Of a stretch of DNA of 64,000 bases, positions 29,674 through 39,403 are shown piece after piece (the first letter of the stretch is position 1; each line of letters opens with the position of its first letter). The notes under the pieces were generated by a model that ran no database searches, was not told where the DNA came from, and saw only the letters and a program-made list of their open reading frames with translations. The position numbers and the translations under genes are program-made. The DNA lies in IMG/VR virus record IMGVR_UViG_3300034072_000758, positions 372,001-436,000 of that record, one strand, 5' to 3'.

Positions 29674-29828
29674 CGAGGGCTTTTCTTATTTGTTGCGCTG
29701 GCGCGTCTTGGCGTCGAACACATCGATTTTGTATTTCTTCCGCAACTCCCTAATCTTGTCCGAGTTTTGCTCGTGCTCGATGGTGGCGAGTTGGACCAAA
29801 AGAAATTCTATGTCCCGGCGTTCTTCGG

Positions 29829-30113
29829 TCACATCGCCCAACTTTTGCCGTCTTCGAAATTACGAGCCAGATCAGAGAGTTGGTTATAATAAACGGCCAC
29901 CCCACAGGGGATGCCGTTCGGAAACTTTTCCATGACCATTTGCCAGATCGCGCTCTCACCACGCGAGTATAGGATAAGAGCGTTTTCAAACGCTAGATCG
30001 GCGCGTAGTTTTTCTTGTAGGCGAGTATTGTCCGCAACCCGTTCTTCGCCGTGATGTTTGCTGGTATATTCGCCGTTGGCGGCATCACGAGCAACAGTGC
30101 TTTCGTTTTTCAT
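29829..30113 (-). CDS. Hypothetical protein
   Basis: GGAG RBS; 94 aa. Confidence 0.55.
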   Translation of the reverse strand: MKNESTVARDAANGEYTSKHHGEERVADNTRLQEKLRADLAFENALILYSRGESAIWQMVMEKFPNGIPCGVAVYYNQLSDLARNFEDGKSWAM

Positions 30114-30122
30114 TATCTCTCC

Positions 30123-30461
30123 TTAAAAGTCTGCCATGTTGAAGTCCATCGAAATCGAGGCCCAAGCCTTGAGTTCGTTGATATTGTAATCGCCGATGGA
30201 AGCCAGCGGGAAGGTCAGTTCACGCAGAACTTGTTGAGCGACCAGCTTCTTGTCGCCGTCATACTTTTCGAAGAGAACCTTGAGGCTCGCCAGAACATTG
30301 GCGCGCGTCGAATATTCGGTGAAGTCGCGCACCAGATAGGCTGTCAGACCACGGTTGTCAGTCAGGCTCTTGGCCAGAAGCTCGCTGTTTTGTTTGGCCA
30401 GCGTATCGCAGCGGGCGATTTCGGTATTGATGGTTTCGAGATCAAAGGCCAGACGGGGCAT
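30123..30461 (-). CDS. Hypothetical protein
   Basis: GGAG RBS; 112 aa; strong codon bias. Confidence 0.6.
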   Translation of the reverse strand: MPRLAFDLETINTEIARCDTLAKQNSELLAKSLTDNRGLTAYLVRDFTEYSTRANVLASLKVLFEKYDGDKKLVAQQVLRELTFPLASIGDYNINELKAWASISMDFNMADF

Positions 30462-30556
30462 ATTTTATGTCTCCATAGTGATTGAATATAGTCCCAATGT
30501 ATCATAAGATTATTTGCTGTCAATGGATAAATATAGTAATATTTGGAGATACACTT

Positions 30557-31765
30557 ATGTCGAATAACGATTGGTATAAAAATTTCAAGAAGCTCACAGA
30601 AGCAGCAGACGACCAAGAAGAAACAGGCGACGTAAATTTCTACGTTTATGCTCAGGATATTACTCAACACATGAACGAGAAGTTCATGAAAAAAGAAAAC
30701 CTCAAGAGTGTTTTTGAACTTATGTTGATCTGTGATGGTGAAGCTACTCACGTCGCATCCCTCACCGCCTCTAGCTATTATATCACGCTGGGTTATCGCG
30801 TTGTTCCAAACTACTCGGTGGATACCGAAGAACAGAGAGAACACATCGATTCTCTGGAAATGGACCTGAAAGCAGAAGATCACGAAGGTCACGGCTATAC
30901 GAAGTTTATGGATTATCATTCCATCCCGAAAGATCGTGTTTCTGAATTGGTTCCATTTGAGCGCCAAGATACCGATAAAGAGACTTGGGAAGAAGCCGAA
31001 GAATATTTTAGTGGTAACGATCATTCTCCACCCATCACTCATTATCATTCATCGGTTCATGAAGAGGTTGTGGATGAGCAAGCACCGCCCGTTCAAGATA
31101 CCGAAGAGTTTGTTCCGGGTGATGATGTTCATCTAGGTTTCGGCGTCAAGGGTGGCGCGGGTTTTACTGGCAAGCTGGATAAAATCGAGAATGGTCAAGC
31201 TCATATTACAAACGCTCAAGGTAAAACCTACAAAGGTCCAGCCGACCGCTTGAGCCGTGATCAAAATGCAAAGCCAAATGGTGTCGGACAGGCGAAAGGC
31301 CAACCAACACCAGCCAATATGGTTAAGAAGCTTCCAGCCAATTTCGTAAAGCTCCCAGAAGGCGATGAGCAATTCGAAAAGCCTCGCCTCAAGCTTGTAA
31401 AAGCATTCTCCGGTGAAACTAACGGTAAGCAACTCATGGCCAAGGTCTATAAAGATATGGATTGGAATGAGTATCGCGTAAAGCATTATGAGAATGGTAG
31501 CCACCTCACGGAAGCCGATTATCATACGAATGATAAAGAAGAGGCTCTTGAATATGCTAAGAATTATGCGAATGGTAAATTTGAAACTCAAACCCACCAA
31601 CCCGAATATCGTTACGATTATGACCGCTTGTCGGGAACGGGTATTATCGTTCGACTTTCAGATAATACTACCTCTCTACGCTATACCGGAGAAGATGCGG
31701 AACGTCTTCGTCACATGTCAGATGATGAATTAAAAGACGAAGCCGAAACACAAGATTTTGACTAA
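30557..31765 (+). CDS. Acidic modular protein, candidate internal head protein
   Basis: GGAG RBS, ATAAATA at 30527-30533, N-terminal WYKNFKKLTEA. Confidence 0.6.
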   Translation: MSNNDWYKNFKKLTEAADDQEETGDVNFYVYAQDITQHMNEKFMKKENLKSVFELMLICDGEATHVASLTASSYYITLGYRVVPNYSVDTEEQREHIDSLEMDLKAEDHEGHGYTKFMDYHSIPKDRVSELVPFERQDTDKETWEEAEEYFSGNDHSPPITHYHSSVHEEVVDEQAPPVQDTEEFVPGDDVHLGFGVKGGAGFTGKLDKIENGQAHITNAQGKTYKGPADRLSRDQNAKPNGVGQAKGQPTPANMVKKLPANFVKLPEGDEQFEKPRLKLVKAFSGETNGKQLMAKVYKDMDWNEYRVKHYENGSHLTEADYHTNDKEEALEYAKNYANGKFETQTHQPEYRYDYDRLSGTGIIVRLSDNTTSLRYTGEDAERLRHMSDDELKDEAETQDFD

Positions 31766-31794
31766 AAAAGGCGGGGAACTTCCCCGCCTTTTTT
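31764..31794. terminator. Bidirectional intrinsic terminator
   Basis: AAAAAAGGCGGGG-AACTT-CCCCGCCTTTTTT. Confidence 0.9.
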
Positions 31795-33148
31795 ATAGTA
31801 TAAGTCTCCAAAGAGCGTTCGAAAACACACCTTCGAGGGGTAATATCCATTCTCCATCTACCCACTTAAGCTGTTTGTTATTGTGGTTATTCACAACAAA
31901 CTCTTCGTCAGGGCTTGTGGCTGCGGAGAATACGACTTCCCAATGATTGTTGACATATTGAATTATGTCATTTTCTTTAGCGGTCAGAGCACCCCATGCT
32001 TGAGATACGCCGCCGATGTCGTTGAGAAGCAGATAGCGTTGGCCATTTACTTCCGGTGGAAGCTTCTGGTTTGGGTAGGTTTCCATCGGGTTGATTACCG
32101 CATCAATGGGCGGCAATGTATTCGACGGAAGAGTCATTGGGTCAATTGACCAGTACAGAACACTAGGATCGTTCGTATATTCGATTGTTCCCAAAATACC
32201 AGTTCTGTCATCAACCTTCGCGGTAAGTAATATTTGGCTTGCTGCTGGTCGCAATACCCCAAAAGTGCTGATCAATTTGCGCCACGAATATGGATCACCA
32301 TTTTCATCAACTTCACTTGCTTTCGGCCCCAATAGCTTCATGCGATTACCGCTAATCATGACAGAGTGGTTACCAAGTGTTTCAACGACATAACCCATAT
32401 CGGTTGACAGCATGTCGCCCCCATCCATTATAACCCCCGGAATAGGAGCACTGTCGGTCATGTTGGTAATGACGCGCTCGATCAGCTTTTGTTCCGTGAC
32501 CAAGGCCGGTGGAGATAGCCAGAATTTAATCTTGAGCGTAATCGACGCGATGTCGATTTCGTCAGATGAACCGATAGGAATACTGCGCGAAGACAGAGTA
32601 AGGTCCGGGTCTGGGGTACAGAGCGTAATAGCACCCCAATCCAATGGGTTCTCGCTATTTTGAATTTGGAAATCGGGATAGATTGCTAAACCAATTTGTT
32701 CGAGTATCTGTTGTTTTTGATCCCAATTGCTCGTCCAAAGATCGACCTGAATAGTCATTTCAAACGGTAATGGCATCAGGCGACGAACGGAATACGAACG
32801 CCCGCGATCCCCGGTGTATTGTCCGGTCTGTTCATCGAAATGGCGTTCGGTCACTTGAACGGTGCTCTCGTGTGTTGGGTTCTGTAAGTCTTCACGGCTA
32901 AAGCGCAAGCCGGTTTGGAAAACAGTGATCATCGGACACACGTTCAGAGCCGATTCGCTTTGGTTTCGGATAATGTTTGCTACAACTTCGTTCGTAATAG
33001 CCATGCGGCAAGGCACAGATTTAAGCTCAGGCTCCAAATCACCACGACGCCCGGTCATGTATTGGTAACCTGAGAAAGCACGAACAATTTGTTCTAGGTA
33101 GCGGACTTGCTGACGATCATAAAAATAATCGATCTTAGTGATTGCCAT
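31793..33148 (-). CDS. Tail completion / sheath stabilizer protein (T4 gp15-like) with C-terminal extension
   Basis: YFYD.Q..RY......FS; PLPFEMTIQVDLWTSNWDQKQQILEQI; WLSPPA. Confidence 0.7.
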   Translation of the reverse strand: MAITKIDYFYDRQQVRYLEQIVRAFSGYQYMTGRRGDLEPELKSVPCRMAITNEVVANIIRNQSESALNVCPMITVFQTGLRFSREDLQNPTHESTVQVTERHFDEQTGQYTGDRGRSYSVRRLMPLPFEMTIQVDLWTSNWDQKQQILEQIGLAIYPDFQIQNSENPLDWGAITLCTPDPDLTLSSRSIPIGSSDEIDIASITLKIKFWLSPPALVTEQKLIERVITNMTDSAPIPGVIMDGGDMLSTDMGYVVETLGNHSVMISGNRMKLLGPKASEVDENGDPYSWRKLISTFGVLRPAASQILLTAKVDDRTGILGTIEYTNDPSVLYWSIDPMTLPSNTLPPIDAVINPMETYPNQKLPPEVNGQRYLLLNDIGGVSQAWGALTAKENDIIQYVNNHWEVVFSAATSPDEEFVVNNHNNKQLKWVDGEWILPLEGVFSNALWRLIL

Positions 33149-33151
33149 TTA

Positions 33152-33487
33152 TTACTCCTTTGGAGCTTCTGGCTCGCTCTTTTGCTCATCATCTTGGTCG
33201 TTGTCAAACTCGACTTCGCCCGACAATACGCCATTGCTCAGAGAAATCTTTTCGATCTTCCCAAAAGCCAGTGTCACGACAATAACACCAATAAGTCCCA
33301 GAACAATCCAGAGGCCAACAGCCAAAGCATTCACTCGACCTTCGGCGGCGGTTTCTGGCCACGGAAGGTAAGCGATGCTGGCGATGATCCAAGACGCAAG
33401 GGCGGTAACCACCATACCCGCGCCTAAAAGGATAGCGAATGTGATCAGTTGAAGCTTGCGTAAAGCGTTTATAATTTTATCCCACAT
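33152..33487 (-). CDS. Two-TM membrane protein
   Basis: Two hydrophobic segments and an acidic C-terminus; late operon. Confidence 0.6.
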   Translation of the reverse strand: MWDKIINALRKLQLITFAILLGAGMVVTALASWIIASIAYLPWPETAAEGRVNALAVGLWIVLGLIGVIVVTLAFGKIEKISLSNGVLSGEVEFDNDQDDEQKSEPEAPKE

Positions 33488-33499
33488 TCGCGTATTTCC

Positions 33500-33826
33500 T
33501 TATTCTTCGTCTACGAGTTTACGGCCTTTCTTTTCGGCAGTCTTTGGTGTTTGCTTTTCAACAGGAGCGGCAGCAAGCTTCTTGATAGCTTCTGCTGGCG
33601 ATTCAAAGAAATCATCACCCATGTCCTTTATGGAAACTTGTCTGACCTTTACGGCCTTCGGGTTATGCTTGTTGTACTTCTGAGCTTCGGCAGTCAGAAC
33701 TTCACCACGCGCACCAATCAGGTCGCCACGAGCGTTCATTTTACCATTACCCAGAGCAATGGCATTGGGATTGGCGGCGATCAAAGCGGCCATGTTTACT
33801 TGTCTACCTTTGAGAGACTTAGCCAT
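33500..33826 (-). CDS. Conserved hypothetical protein
   Basis: 108 aa, MNARGDLIG motif. Confidence 0.65.
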   Translation of the reverse strand: MAKSLKGRQVNMAALIAANPNAIALGNGKMNARGDLIGARGEVLTAEAQKYNKHNPKAVKVRQVSIKDMGDDFFESPAEAIKKLAAAPVEKQTPKTAEKKGRKLVDEE

Positions 33827-33856
33827 AGTAATTAATACCTCAATATTGTGTACTAT

Positions 33857-33864
33857 TATTTATA
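33857..33864 (-). promoter_or_regulatory. T4-type late promoter TATAAATA
   Basis: Exact T4 late consensus upstream of the operon containing the tail-completion gene. Confidence 0.6.
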
Positions 33865-33983
33865 TGAAAATAGTCCCCTAGATTTCGATGAAATTTTTAA
33901 TTACCGATTTAAATTGAAAAATATAGTTAATATTTGGTAGGATCGATTTCGACTAGATAATTGGCACCCAAAAAACAAGCACC

Positions 33984-35441
33984 ATGAGCAAAGAAGCAAC
34001 TCTCAAGATTTTGGACGAAGTGAACGTCAAATTTGACGGCCTCGATCCTTCCACTCGTCGCAAGATTAGTGACGCATGTAAGTATTTCATGCCCTATGCG
34101 CGCCACACCCCCCTATTCAAGTTAGGACGCTGGGATGGATATGTTAACTTCGCTACTGTTGGTGGTGGAACATATCTCAATCTTCTTGAGCAAGTCTTAC
34201 CTATCGTAGTTGAAGAGGGCTACGATCTCAAGCTCGATGATCGACGGGTCAATTACAATTTCGATTTCAAGCCAATTGGAACGGATTTCCTTTCGGATAC
34301 TCTTTGGCCGGAAGGTCACCGTTTCGCGGGCGAACCGATCATGCTGCGTGAAGATCAGGTAGAGGCCGTCAATCGATACCTTGCCAACCCTCATGGCATC
34401 CAGTGTCTCTCTACGGGGTTTGGTAAGACGATCCTCTCCGCCACATTGTCAAAGATTGTGGAGCCTTATGGTCGATCAATTGTGATCGTCCCGTCTAAGA
34501 CACTTGTTGAACAGACCGAAGAAGATTTTAAGAACATCGGTCTTGATGCTGGTGTGTTTTTCGGTGACCGCAAAGAATGGAATAAGACCCACACGATTTG
34601 TACATGGCAATCACTTTCTGTGCTCACAAAGAAAACTCGCCGCGATGAAGTGGAATGTACGATCCACGATTTCCTAGATGGCGTGATCGCAGTTCAAGTG
34701 GACGAATGCCACGGCCTGAAAGCCAACGAGCTTCGTGATGTAATGTGTGGTCCTATGGCCAATGTGCCAATCCGCTGGGGAATGACCGGCACTATTCCAA
34801 AGCAAGACTTCGAGCGAGTGTCCTTACAAATTACCATCGGTGGTGTCGTTGGCGAAGTTCGGGCTAAAGAACTTCAAGACGCCGGGTTCCTGTCAAAATG
34901 TGAGATCAACATTCTTCAAACTGAGGATGATCATGTGTCGTTCGCGGCCTATGACAAGGAATATAAATTCCTGACATCAGACGAAGATAGGTTGCGCTGG
35001 ATTGGTGAACTCGCCAATAGCCTAGAAGGCAACACGTTGGTTCTTGTCAATCGCATTGAAACTGGCAAGTCCTTGACGGCCATGATCGATAATGCGGTAT
35101 TCGTCTCTGGTGGGATGAAAACTAAAGCGCGCAAAGAAGAGTTCAAGGACACTAACCAATCGGACAACAAAACCCTTGTGGCAACATTCGGGGTTATGTC
35201 TACGGGTGTGAATATCCCGAAGATTCACAATCTCATTCTGGTAGAATGCGGCAAGTCGTTTGAGCGTACTATTCAGTCGGTAGGCCGTGTTCTTCGCCGT
35301 GCTGATGGTAAAAGCAAAGCTGACATCTACGATGTGTGCTCTACGCTCAAGTTCTCCAAGAAGCATCTTACCGAGCGTAAGAAGTATTACAAGGAAGCTG
35401 AATACCCATTCAAGATCACGAAAGTGAAATACAATGCGTAG
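33984..35441 (+). CDS. uvsW: UvsW-like superfamily 2 DNA helicase
   Basis: Walker A STGFGKT, DECH, GMTGT, STGVNIP, QSVGRVLR. Confidence 0.92.
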   Translation: MSKEATLKILDEVNVKFDGLDPSTRRKISDACKYFMPYARHTPLFKLGRWDGYVNFATVGGGTYLNLLEQVLPIVVEEGYDLKLDDRRVNYNFDFKPIGTDFLSDTLWPEGHRFAGEPIMLREDQVEAVNRYLANPHGIQCLSTGFGKTILSATLSKIVEPYGRSIVIVPSKTLVEQTEEDFKNIGLDAGVFFGDRKEWNKTHTICTWQSLSVLTKKTRRDEVECTIHDFLDGVIAVQVDECHGLKANELRDVMCGPMANVPIRWGMTGTIPKQDFERVSLQITIGGVVGEVRAKELQDAGFLSKCEINILQTEDDHVSFAAYDKEYKFLTSDEDRLRWIGELANSLEGNTLVLVNRIETGKSLTAMIDNAVFVSGGMKTKARKEEFKDTNQSDNKTLVATFGVMSTGVNIPKIHNLILVECGKSFERTIQSVGRVLRRADGKSKADIYDVCSTLKFSKKHLTERKKYYKEAEYPFKITKVKYNA

Positions 35442-35868
35442 GCACGGCTATTTCCTTACCATGAGTAAAACACAACGAGAAATCTATGTCGAGCGCGTCT
35501 TGCCGGTAGATGAAGAAATTGTGTTTCCTATTTTGGTGGAAATAGCCCCTCAACTTCCTGAGATACAGGAAAACAAGTTTTACTACTATATCATGAAGGG
35601 AAAGGCGAGAATTGCTTTCATCACAAAGCGCCTCGATAACATGTGTGTGGGGAGATATATTCTCAAGGATGGAAAATGGTCAGCCCCGACTTGTTTCAAA
35701 AACGAATGCTTCGCGCGAGGTCGATCATTGACCGCTATTCTTCCGCCGTTTCTGATAGACGAAGAATGGGCTAAAGAAGTCGCGGACAAGTCAGTATATG
35801 GGCGTTCTAAAGCTTTATCTCTGGCGGACTTGGAACGCATTGGTGGTGGTACTCCCGACCAGAATTGA
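35434..35868 (+). CDS. Hypothetical protein
   Basis: 144-aa ORF; 3' end overlaps the antisense tRNA-Glu. Confidence 0.55.
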   Translation: MRRHGYFLTMSKTQREIYVERVLPVDEEIVFPILVEIAPQLPEIQENKFYYYIMKGKARIAFITKRLDNMCVGRYILKDGKWSAPTCFKNECFARGRSLTAILPPFLIDEEWAKEVADKSVYGRSKALSLADLERIGGGTPDQN

Positions 35869-35921
35869 ACTGGCACTCTCCGCTTGAAAGGCGGGCGTCA
35901 TGACCATTAGACCACGGGAGC
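35847..35921 (-). tRNA. tRNA-Glu(UUC), third in transcript
   Basis: Cloverleaf GCTCCCG..CTTTCAA..TTCAATT..GGGAGT-A-CCA. Confidence 0.92.
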
Positions 35922-35945
35922 ATAGTCAACAAAGTGTTAAATTGT

Positions 35946-36020
35946 TGGTACTCCCAACGGGATTCGAACCCGTGTCGCCGGATTGAAAGTCCAGCATCCT
36001 GACCACTAGAAGATGGGAGC
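35946..36020 (-). tRNA. tRNA-Glu(UUC), second in transcript
   Basis: Cloverleaf, loop CTTTCAA, encoded CCA. Confidence 0.92.
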
Positions 36021-36053
36021 ATAGAAAATCAAAAGCCCGATCTCTCGTTCTTT

Positions 36054-36127
36054 TGGTACTCCCTACGGGAATCGAACCCGCGTTGTCAGATTGAAAGTCT
36101 GTTGTCCTGCCATTAGACGAAGGGAGC
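36054..36127 (-). tRNA. tRNA-Glu(UUC), first in transcript
   Basis: Cloverleaf, loop CTTTCAA, encoded CCA. Confidence 0.92.
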
Positions 36128-36165
36128 ATAAAGCCTCAAACCCTCGTCTATAAACGAAGGTGAGG

Positions 36166-36201
36166 TTAGCGTTCCTCTCGTTCCTCTCGGATGGCAAACA
36201 T
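36166..36201 (-). CDS. Glu-rich leader peptide MFAIREEREER
   Basis: AAGGA RBS; ATG TTT GCC ATC CGA GAG GAA CGA GAG GAA CGC TAA; stop is 38 nt upstream of the first tRNA-Glu. Confidence 0.7.
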   Translation of the reverse strand: MFAIREEREER

Positions 36202-36272
36202 AACAACAGTTCCTTAAAAAGCGCACATGCGCGTTGGTAGATAATTGTTCTATCAGAAACTATTTATCTGTG

Positions 36273-36653
36273 TCAAGCTTTTTGTTGTAAATAGTTTGGA
36301 ATAAAATGCGACACGTTCGGGTAAACCCAGCATGGGTCTTCTCGGTCGATCTCGATTGATTCCTCAGCATCAAAATCGTATCTGGTTAAAAATTCGTCTA
36401 ACGTATAAACGAATAAAAAATTTTGTGTCGGAATGCCATTTTTTAGGCGATGATACTCATCGAATGAGAGGATTTTTTTATACGCAAAAGAGCGGTGTAT
36501 TTCCCCTATTTGTGCGTTTGGCATTGGCACGAACGCATTGAGTTCAGCAAAGACCCGTTCATATTCGGCGTCAAGATCGTTGAGAAATGATTTCTTGCTT
36601 TCTCGTTCAACGGTGAAAATACCACCATCTACTACAATGATCAGACGTTCCAT
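36273..36653 (-). CDS. Hypothetical protein
   Basis: 126-aa ORF. Confidence 0.55.
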   Translation of the reverse strand: MERLIIVVDGGIFTVERESKKSFLNDLDAEYERVFAELNAFVPMPNAQIGEIHRSFAYKKILSFDEYHRLKNGIPTQNFLFVYTLDEFLTRYDFDAEESIEIDREDPCWVYPNVSHFIPNYLQQKA

Positions 36654-36771
36654 TGCTGTATATCCCTGTCAGTTAGTTCTCTCGATATAGCGCCACATTT
36701 ATCAATTTGTCAAATTCTAAAATTGACATCAAGAAAGGTGATTTGGTAGTTTTAAAAATGGAGTAAAGAGT

Positions 36772-37389
36772 ATGGTCAATTTCGCAGCCCTAGTAGCCAA
36801 ACCTATCGGACATGGTTTCACAGCCAATGCCGTGAAATATTATGAAGATACGGTGGTTGAACTTGCTTATAGCGGTAAGTTCGAAGAAGGCTCTTTTGAT
36901 CATCGGTTCATCGAAAGTCTCAGCAATCAGGCCGAATGGACAACAAGACAGTTCGATTGTCTTAAGAAACTGTTCGACCGCAATAAGATCGACCACTCGT
37001 CTCATAGATTGCGCACTCCCGTCCGCGAAAGCAACCGTCTCCTAGAGGATGAAATTCGATTTCTGGGCGATAACTTAGTAATCGTAACTAACAGCAACAG
37101 ACGGTATTCCGAGAAGCAAGAAATACTGACTGAACTTGGGGCCGAATATATCAAGAAACATCGGTTCTGGCAGATTACCATCGATAATCTGGATGTCATA
37201 GATATTCTGATTACTTATGCCGAAGAGTTCGGGGCGACTGTTGACGAAATAACCGCCCTGTATCTTGAAAGCTGCGATAGAAATATCGTAACGGTAGATG
37301 TTCAAGATGACGCTATTCATCTTCATTTGGTGGGTGAACCTCTTCTCGAATGCTTTATTAAAAATATGATGATCGGGGAAGCGATATGA
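36772..37389 (+). CDS. Hypothetical protein
   Basis: GGAG RBS; 205 aa. Confidence 0.65.
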   Translation: MVNFAALVAKPIGHGFTANAVKYYEDTVVELAYSGKFEEGSFDHRFIESLSNQAEWTTRQFDCLKKLFDRNKIDHSSHRLRTPVRESNRLLEDEIRFLGDNLVIVTNSNRRYSEKQEILTELGAEYIKKHRFWQITIDNLDVIDILITYAEEFGATVDEITALYLESCDRNIVTVDVQDDAIHLHLVGEPLLECFIKNMMIGEAI

Positions 37390-37952
37390 ACCGCAACTTC
37401 AAACTCCCGTATACGTCCGCGAATTGTCGCCAATTGGTTCGATTGAGCCAGCTAAAAGAAATAGTGCTTCCCGACGAAATAATTGAGAAAGCAAAAGAAG
37501 ACGTGGTTTCTTGTCCAGACTTATCAGCACAAGAAGCCGAGACCGTACAGCGAATGATTGATCTTGATTTCGATTTTACCCTACGATCTTCGCCGTTTAT
37601 GTTATCTCTGTTGATCTATGCGGCGGACAAAGCTGGTCGATCATTGAAATATTATGATCGCTTAAATCGATATGAGAAATCCGAAGAATACAGCATTCTT
37701 CGAGAAATGGATCAAATCGCAGCGCCGGATTTGATGACGATAAAAGAAAATATTATTGTCACTACTCGTGGTAATTTGAAATACATGCCCGGTGTAAAGC
37801 TTATAATGGGGCGTTTGACAGATGCCTTGTTCTCGGAACTTATAGAGAAAAATCTTTTACTAGAAAAAAGTAGAATGACTACTTTGACAGAAGAACGATT
37901 GTCTAGCTATGACAGTCAATTGATGAAATTTTATTTGAATTTGATCGAATAA
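37386..37952 (+). CDS. Hypothetical protein
   Basis: ATGA overlap with the previous gene. Confidence 0.6.
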   Translation: MNRNFKLPYTSANCRQLVRLSQLKEIVLPDEIIEKAKEDVVSCPDLSAQEAETVQRMIDLDFDFTLRSSPFMLSLLIYAADKAGRSLKYYDRLNRYEKSEEYSILREMDQIAAPDLMTIKENIIVTTRGNLKYMPGVKLIMGRLTDALFSELIEKNLLLEKSRMTTLTEERLSSYDSQLMKFYLNLIE

Positions 37953-37989
37953 AATCATTAAAACCGGTTTTAATGAACATAAATACTAT

Positions 37990-38292
37990 ATGTTCATATA
38001 CATCATCAGCGACGGCACCAGTGTTAAAATTGGGATTAGCAAGACACCCGAAAAGCGCCTTAAGCAGCTTCAAACCGGGCATCCCAAGAAGCTGATCTTG
38101 TGTAAGGTCCGCGAGGTTCCCGACGACCGCGCCAAGAAGCTGGAAAACATCATTCACAGAACTTGCGGCCATTACCGTCTCAAAGGAGAGTGGTTCTCGA
38201 TGTCATTGCCTCTGGCTGAATCGATGGTTCATGATGTTCTTTTGAGAACTGATGAATTGAAAAATCTTGACAATTATTTCATACTTAACTAA
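37990..38292 (+). CDS. GIY-YIG (T5orf172-like) nuclease
   Basis: FIYII...VKIGISK.PEKRLKQLQTG...LE..IH....GEWF. Confidence 0.85.
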   Translation: MFIYIISDGTSVKIGISKTPEKRLKQLQTGHPKKLILCKVREVPDDRAKKLENIIHRTCGHYRLKGEWFSMSLPLAESMVHDVLLRTDELKNLDNYFILN

Positions 38293-38323
38293 AATATGGA
38301 GGATTAGCACGGAGTAATGTAAA

Positions 38324-38863
38324 GTGATTTACGGATACGAATATGATGAAGAAGAAATAAATGATTTCAATGAAGTTGAATTGTCTCTTCCAGAGAGAAC
38401 TATTATTTACAACCAACTCGAATTACTTAAAGCTGCCGATTATAAGCATCAAGATACTTATACAAAAGCACAATCCATCCTTGAACTAGGATTAGAAAAT
38501 GTGTATCCACAAGAAGTGTTTTTAACTTATCACCCAATTTTGAAACCGAAAGATACGATGAAATTTGTCTCTAACGTTTTGGAAATGTTTGTTCGCATAC
38601 GTAGGTCTTATTTGAAACATAATCTGGATGAAGTATTGAAATATGACGGATTCGATTCTACGGACGAATCAGATTATTACACAGCCGCTAATTTTCTTTT
38701 TGATAATAATGTGGATTATCGTGAAATAAAGAAGTATCACCACAATTCTTTTTGTAACGAAGGTCGGTATACAGACTTACTTATGAAATACAAGCTTATG
38801 TTAATTCCGTCTGAATACCATTTAACTGTTGAAAATTTGCGAAACTTAGAGAGCGGTTATTAA
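38324..38863 (+). CDS. YfbU-family protein
   Basis: LS..ER.I..NQ..LL; V..VLEMF; GFD...E..Y...A.FL pattern; visibly AT-rich. Confidence 0.6.
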   Translation: MIYGYEYDEEEINDFNEVELSLPERTIIYNQLELLKAADYKHQDTYTKAQSILELGLENVYPQEVFLTYHPILKPKDTMKFVSNVLEMFVRIRRSYLKHNLDEVLKYDGFDSTDESDYYTAANFLFDNNVDYREIKKYHHNSFCNEGRYTDLLMKYKLMLIPSEYHLTVENLRNLESGY

Positions 38864-39075
38864 CCGCGCTCGTATTTCGATTTACCCTCAAACAGGCTCT
38901 CGTATGTTCCTGAGTCTTTATGCTCGTTGTACAAGGCTTCCAGATCGACCGGAGCATCTTCCAACAGCGCATCTAGCTCTGGGTCAAGATGGTCGTAAGT
39001 AGCGTTCAAGAGGGTCTGTAGAACGTCCTCTGGAAGCTCATGAACGTAATAGACTTGGCGACTATCCTTCGTCAT
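38860..39075 (-). CDS. Hypothetical protein
   Basis: 71-aa acidic ORF. Confidence 0.5.
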   Translation of the reverse strand: MTKDSRQVYYVHELPEDVLQTLLNATYDHLDPELDALLEDAPVDLEALYNEHKDSGTYESLFEGKSKYERG

Positions 39076-39403
39076 GATCAGGACGCTGGAACAGGGTTTG
39101 GGTAACTGTGAATTTGAAGTTCTCTATCTTGGCATTCACGCAGCTATGAGCGAAGCGCGGCAAAACATTTGTCTTGCGAAACTCGTCATATGCCGAAGGG
39201 ACGTTGGTTTGGACAGGGGCCTTTACGTGATCATCTTCAATGTAATAAAGATAGGCCGTATTGATGTCTACGGCAAATTCTTGACCATTTTCAGAGCCAA
39301 GTAAGAAAGTCGATTCTAAAACAGAAACGTTCTTCAATGGGAGATCGTGATCCGATTCAATCAGCGCCAATGCTTCTTGTAATTTCTTATACCAATTCGA
39401 CAT
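39062..39403 (-). CDS. Hypothetical late protein
   Basis: ATAAATA at 39425-39431 (minus strand); N-terminal WYKKLQEA. Confidence 0.55.
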   Translation of the reverse strand: MSNWYKKLQEALALIESDHDLPLKNVSVLESTFLLGSENGQEFAVDINTAYLYYIEDDHVKAPVQTNVPSAYDEFRKTNVLPRFAHSCVNAKIENFKFTVTQTLFQRPDHDEG

